A stretch of DNA of 64,000 nucleotides. It comes from Muribaculaceae bacterium (GTDB taxonomy: Bacteria; Bacteroidota; Bacteroidia; Bacteroidales; Muribaculaceae). The DNA lies in assembly GCA_017451225.1 (NCBI GenBank), contig JAFSPZ010000025.1:10772-74771 (forward strand), written 5' to 3'. Under the pieces are notes generated by a model, which had not been told where the DNA came from, made no database searches, and was given only the letters and a program-made list of their open reading frames with translations. This document shows positions 61,001-64,000 of the stretch, in pieces (within the stretch, counting starts at the first letter, position 1; every line of letters starts with the position of its first letter). A program made the position numbers and the translations under genes.

Positions 61001-62467
61001 ACATGCCAGTGGGTGCAGCTGAATTGCCTTACCCTCGATGAGTTTGGGTTGGAACGCTTGGATACCGAGGCGGTGCAGTGTAGGAGCGCGGTTCAGGAGC
61101 ACTGGGTGTCCCTTCATCACGTTCTCAAGAATGTCCCATACCACGGGTTCCTTGCGGTCAACAATCTTCTTGGCGCTCTTCACAGTCTTCACGATACCGC
61201 GCTCGATGAGCTTGCGAATAACGAAAGGCTTGTAAAGCTCAGCTGCCATATCCTTTGGAATACCGCACTCGCCCATCTTGAGCTCAGGACCAACGACGAT
61301 AACCGAACGTGCCGAATAGTCAACACGCTTACCGAGCAAGTTCTGACGGAAACGTCCTTGTTTACCCTTTAGGCTATCGCTCAACGACTTGAGAGGACGG
61401 TTGGCATCGCTCTTGACTGCACTCGACTTGCGAGAGTTGTCGAGCAATGAGTCTACTGCCTCTTGAAGCATGCGCTTCTCGTTGCGAAGAATCACCTCGG
61501 GAGCCTTAATCTCAATAAGCCTCTTGAGACGGTTGTTACGGATAATCACGCGACGATACAAATCGTTAAGGTCGCTTGTTGCGAAACGTCCACCATCAAG
61601 TGGAACCAATGGACGCAAATCGGGTGGAATGACAGGTATAACCTTGAGAATCATCCACTCGGGGCGGTTCATATTCTTGCTTGAACGGAACATCTCAACC
61701 ACTTGACGACGCTTGAGGGCATCGGTCTTGCGCTGCTGTGATGTCTCGTGGCTGGCACGGTCGCGCAGCTCGTTAGAGAGCTTGTCGAGATTAAGCTCGG
61801 CAAGGAGGTCATAGATTGCCTCGGCACCCATCTTGGCAACGAACTTATTAGGATCGCTGTCATCAAGGTTGCGGTTGCCCTCGGGCAACTTCTCCTGAAT
61901 AGCAAGATACTCTTCCTCGCTCAGGAGGTCGTACTTCTGCAAGCGATTGGCCTGGTCACGAACCTTTGTGCTCTCGGCAATGCCGGGAACCACATTGAAA
62001 GAACCGTCCTGCTCATCAACAACCACATTACCTGGGTTGATGACGATGTAACGCTCATAGTAGATTACCGAGTCGAGCTTCTTGGTAGGAAGACCCAATA
62101 GATAACCAATCTTGTTTGGCAACGAACGGAAATACCAGATGTGGGCAACTGGAACAACCAGTTGAATGTGTCCACTGCGCTCACGACGCACCTTCTTTTC
62201 GGTCACCTCAACACCGCAACGGTCGCACACGATGTTGCGATAGCGTATGCGCTTGTACTTGCCGCAATGGCACTCATAGTCCTTTACAGGACCAAAAATG
62301 CGCTCGCAGAACAAGCCGTCACGCTCTGGCTTATAGGTACGATAGTTGATGGTCTCGGGCTTTAGTACCTCACCCTTTGAATTACCCAGAATGTCGTCGG
62401 GAGACGCCAAACCGATGGTAATCTTAGAGAAGTTACTTCTTATCTTATTGTCTTTCTTAAAAGCCAT
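58097..62467 (-). CDS. rpoC: RNA polymerase beta' subunit
   Basis: [34 protein letters not shown]. Confidence 0.99.
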   Translation of the reverse strand: MAFKKDNKIRSNFSKITIGLASPDDILGNSKGEVLKPETINYRTYKPERDGLFCERIFGPVKDYECHCGKYKRIRYRNIVCDRCGVEVTEKKVRRERSGHIQLVVPVAHIWYFRSLPNKIGYLLGLPTKKLDSVIYYERYIVINPGNVVVDEQDGSFNVVPGIAESTKVRDQANRLQKYDLLSEEEYLAIQEKLPEGNRNLDDSDPNKFVAKMGAEAIYDLLAELNLDKLSNELRDRASHETSQQRKTDALKRRQVVEMFRSSKNMNRPEWMILKVIPVIPPDLRPLVPLDGGRFATSDLNDLYRRVIIRNNRLKRLIEIKAPEVILRNEKRMLQEAVDSLLDNSRKSSAVKSDANRPLKSLSDSLKGKQGRFRQNLLGKRVDYSARSVIVVGPELKMGECGIPKDMAAELYKPFVIRKLIERGIVKTVKSAKKIVDRKEPVVWDILENVMKGHPVLLNRAPTLHRLGIQAFQPKLIEGKAIQLHPLACTPFNADFDGDQMAVHLPLGNEAIVEAQMLMLMPHNILNPANGEPITVPSQDMVLGLYYITKLRQGAKGEGLTFYGPEEATIAFNEGKLAMNAIISVMVDDVDADGNPIRHIVKDTSVGRIIFNNSVPEELGYVNEVISKKSLKKIITKVIRNCGVPRSAKFLDDIKNLGYYMAFKGGLSFNLDDVLVPPEKQKLIEEGDAQVEEVMNNYNMGFITNNERYNQIIDIWTHVNSRLTDTLMKQISADKQGFNSVYMMLDSGARGSRDQIRQLSGMRGLMAKPQKSGVEGGHQIIENPILANFKEGLSVLEYFISTHGARKGLADTALKTADAGYLTRRLVDVAHDVIITEDDCGTLRGLVCREVKNNDDVVATLGERIVGRVSVHDVIDPTTGEVIVESGEEISDAAADRINNSPIESVEIRSVLTCESKHGVCAKCYGRNLANHRLVQKGEAVGVIAAQSIGEPGTQLTLRTFHVGGVASNIAAVSNMTSKYDGRLEIDELRTVADKDGHDIVIGRMAEMRIVDPHTNMMLTSANIVYGSKLFFKPGDMLKKGDVICEWDPFNAVIVSEVGGRLKYKNLIEGVTYRNEVDETSNKSEMIVIESKDHTRIPEAQLFAVEDFDNPDAAPIKTYSLPVGAHLMKVEGEEITPGEVFVKIPRASSGGAGDITGGLPRVTELFEARNPSNPAIVSEIDGVVTFGKIKRGNREIIVTSKNGEEKKYLVPMSKQILVLENDSVRAGTPLSDGAVTPADILRIKGPTAVQDYIVNEVQDVYRLQGVKINDKHFEVIVRQMMRKVNIIDPGDTNFLEQQIVDKRDFMDENDRIWGKKIVIDCGDSLDVDKGQMITPRKLRDINSMLKRKALREVKVRDAVPATSEQILQGITRAALQTKSFISAASFQETTKVLNEAAISGKVDYLEGMKENVICGHLIPAGTGLREYQTLVVGSKDDFDRAAVIKDVEVVDQFSIK

Positions 62468-62504
62468 GATAATATTTTAATGAAAAGAGATAACGTTTTA
62501 ACTA

Positions 62505-64000
62505 TTAATCGAGTGTGACACTTAAGCACAATCCACGCAACTCATGCAAGAGTACGTTGAGAGATTCGGGAATGCCAGGTGTGGGCATTGAGTCGCCCTT
62601 GACAATAGCCTCGTAGGCACGGCTGCGGCCAGTGACATCGTCACTCTTGATGGTGAGGATCTCCTGAAGAACATGGCTGGCGCCAAACGCCTCAAGAGCC
62701 CATACCTCCATCTCACCAAAACGCTGACCACCAAATTGAGCTTTACCACCAAGTGGTTGCTGGGTAATGAGTGAGTAAGGACCAATGCTGCGTGCATGCA
62801 TCTTGTCCTCGACCATGTGACCGAGTTTGAGCATGTAGGTCACGCCAACGGTAGCCTGCTGGTCGAAACGCTCGCCAGTGCCGCCGTCATAGAGCCAAGT
62901 CTTGCCCACGCGTGGCAGACCAGCCTTGTCGGTCCACTCGTTCAAGTCATCGAGCGATGCTCCGTCAAAGATTGGAGTGGCAAACTTAACATCAAGCTCA
63001 CGTCCTGCCCATCCAAGAACAGCTTCGAAAATCTGTCCCAGGTTCATACGAGAAGGCACACCCAGTGGGTTGAGCACGATGTCAACTGGAGTTCCATCGG
63101 CAAGGAATGGCATGTCTTCCTGACGCACTACGCGCGAAACAATACCCTTGTTACCATGACGTCCTGCCATCTTATCACCAACGCCAATTTTGCGCTTCTT
63201 GGCAACATAAACCTTTGCCATCTGCATGATTCCTGATGGGAGATCATCGCCAATCGAGATATCGAATTTCTTGCGGCGAAGCTCAGCATCGATAGCCTTG
63301 CTCTTGCGCAGATAATTCATGATGCAGGCACGAATCATATCGTTGGTGTGGTTGTCACTTGTCCACTTGCTCAAGTTGAGTGAATCATATTCAAGATCCT
63401 TGAGCATATCGGCAGTGAACTTAGAATCCTTGGCAATCACCTCGGTATCAAGGAAGTCCTTGACACACATCGACTTCTTGCCCTCGGTGAGGATAAGAAG
63501 CTTCTCCACGAGCTTGTTCTTGAGCTCATCGAGACGGCTGTTGTAATCCTCCTCAAGCTTTTGAAGCACAGGATCACCACCCTTCACTTTTTTCTTCTTC
63601 ACTGCACGTGTGAAGAGACGAGTGTTGATAATCACACCCTTGAGTGATGGGTTGGCCTTGAGAGAAGCATCTTTCACATCGCCAGCCTTGTCACCAAAGA
63701 TGGCACGCAAGAGTTTCTCCTCGGGCGTTGGGTCGCTCTCTCCCTTAGGAGTGATTTTACCAATGAGGATGTCGCCTGGCTGGATGTGAGCACCCACGCG
63801 AATAATTCCGCGTTCGTCAAGGTCCTTAGTAGCGTCCTCGCTCACGTTTGGAATATCGCTGGTGAGCTCTTCCATACCGCGCTTGGTCTCACGGACCTCG
63901 AGAGTGTACTCGTCAACGTGAACCGATGTAAGGATATCCTCACGAACCATGCGCTCGTTGAGCACGATAGCGTCCTCATAGTTGTAACCCTTCCAAGGCA
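62505..64000 (-). CDS. rpoB: RNA polymerase beta subunit (3' part; start lies outside the window)
   Basis: [27 protein letters not shown]; frame open to the window edge. Confidence 0.99.
   Translation of the reverse strand, partial: PWKGYNYEDAIVLNERMVREDILTSVHVDEYTLEVRETKRGMEELTSDIPNVSEDATKDLDERGIIRVGAHIQPGDILIGKITPKGESDPTPEEKLLRAIFGDKAGDVKDASLKANPSLKGVIINTRLFTRAVKKKKVKGGDPVLQKLEEDYNSRLDELKNKLVEKLLILTEGKKSMCVKDFLDTEVIAKDSKFTADMLKDLEYDSLNLSKWTSDNHTNDMIRACIMNYLRKSKAIDAELRRKKFDISIGDDLPSGIMQMAKVYVAKKRKIGVGDKMAGRHGNKGIVSRVVRQEDMPFLADGTPVDIVLNPLGVPSRMNLGQIFEAVLGWAGRELDVKFATPIFDGASLDDLNEWTDKAGLPRVGKTWLYDGGTGERFDQQATVGVTYMLKLGHMVEDKMHARSIGPYSLITQQPLGGKAQFGGQRFGEMEVWALEAFGASHVLQEILTIKSDDVTGRSRAYEAIVKGDSMPTPGIPESLNVLLHELRGLCLSVTLD

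Noticed and set aside
58073-63546. Many antisense ORFs over rpoBC and other GC-rich genes
   Set aside because: Shadow frames caused by the codon bias of the real genes.

Overview
Chromosomal window of a Bacteroidales bacterium. TAnnTTTG promoter boxes, T9SS-type C-termini and dockerin-like repeats suggest a Muribaculaceae-like gut or rumen organism; the taxon is inferred. It holds housekeeping genes (manA, murF, ddl, obgE, hemD, rpoC, 3' part of rpoB), a phosphatase cluster, a LytS/LytTR pair, a tannase, an AT-rich WG-repeat/FGE-sulfatase island, an MBOAT/SGNH pair and a cobalamin-riboswitch-controlled btuB/btuG operon. The most notable feature is a ~13 kb minus-strand signalling locus (38.4-51.6 kb). 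It encodes a stand-alone LytTR protein, two FHA/zinc-ribbon proteins, a membrane PP2C, two membrane Ser/Thr kinases and three paralogous acidic membrane proteins. The three paralogue promoters have identical spacing and carry 9-bp direct repeats with a 21-bp period, which look like LytTR boxes. Other unexplained signals are two candidate structured RNAs (26.3-26.6 kb and 48.9 kb), two-armed heptamer arrays that share a junction, a 71-bp dispersed palindrome at promoters, and four single-base frameshifts that may be assembly errors. All calls come from reading motifs by eye; no searches were run.
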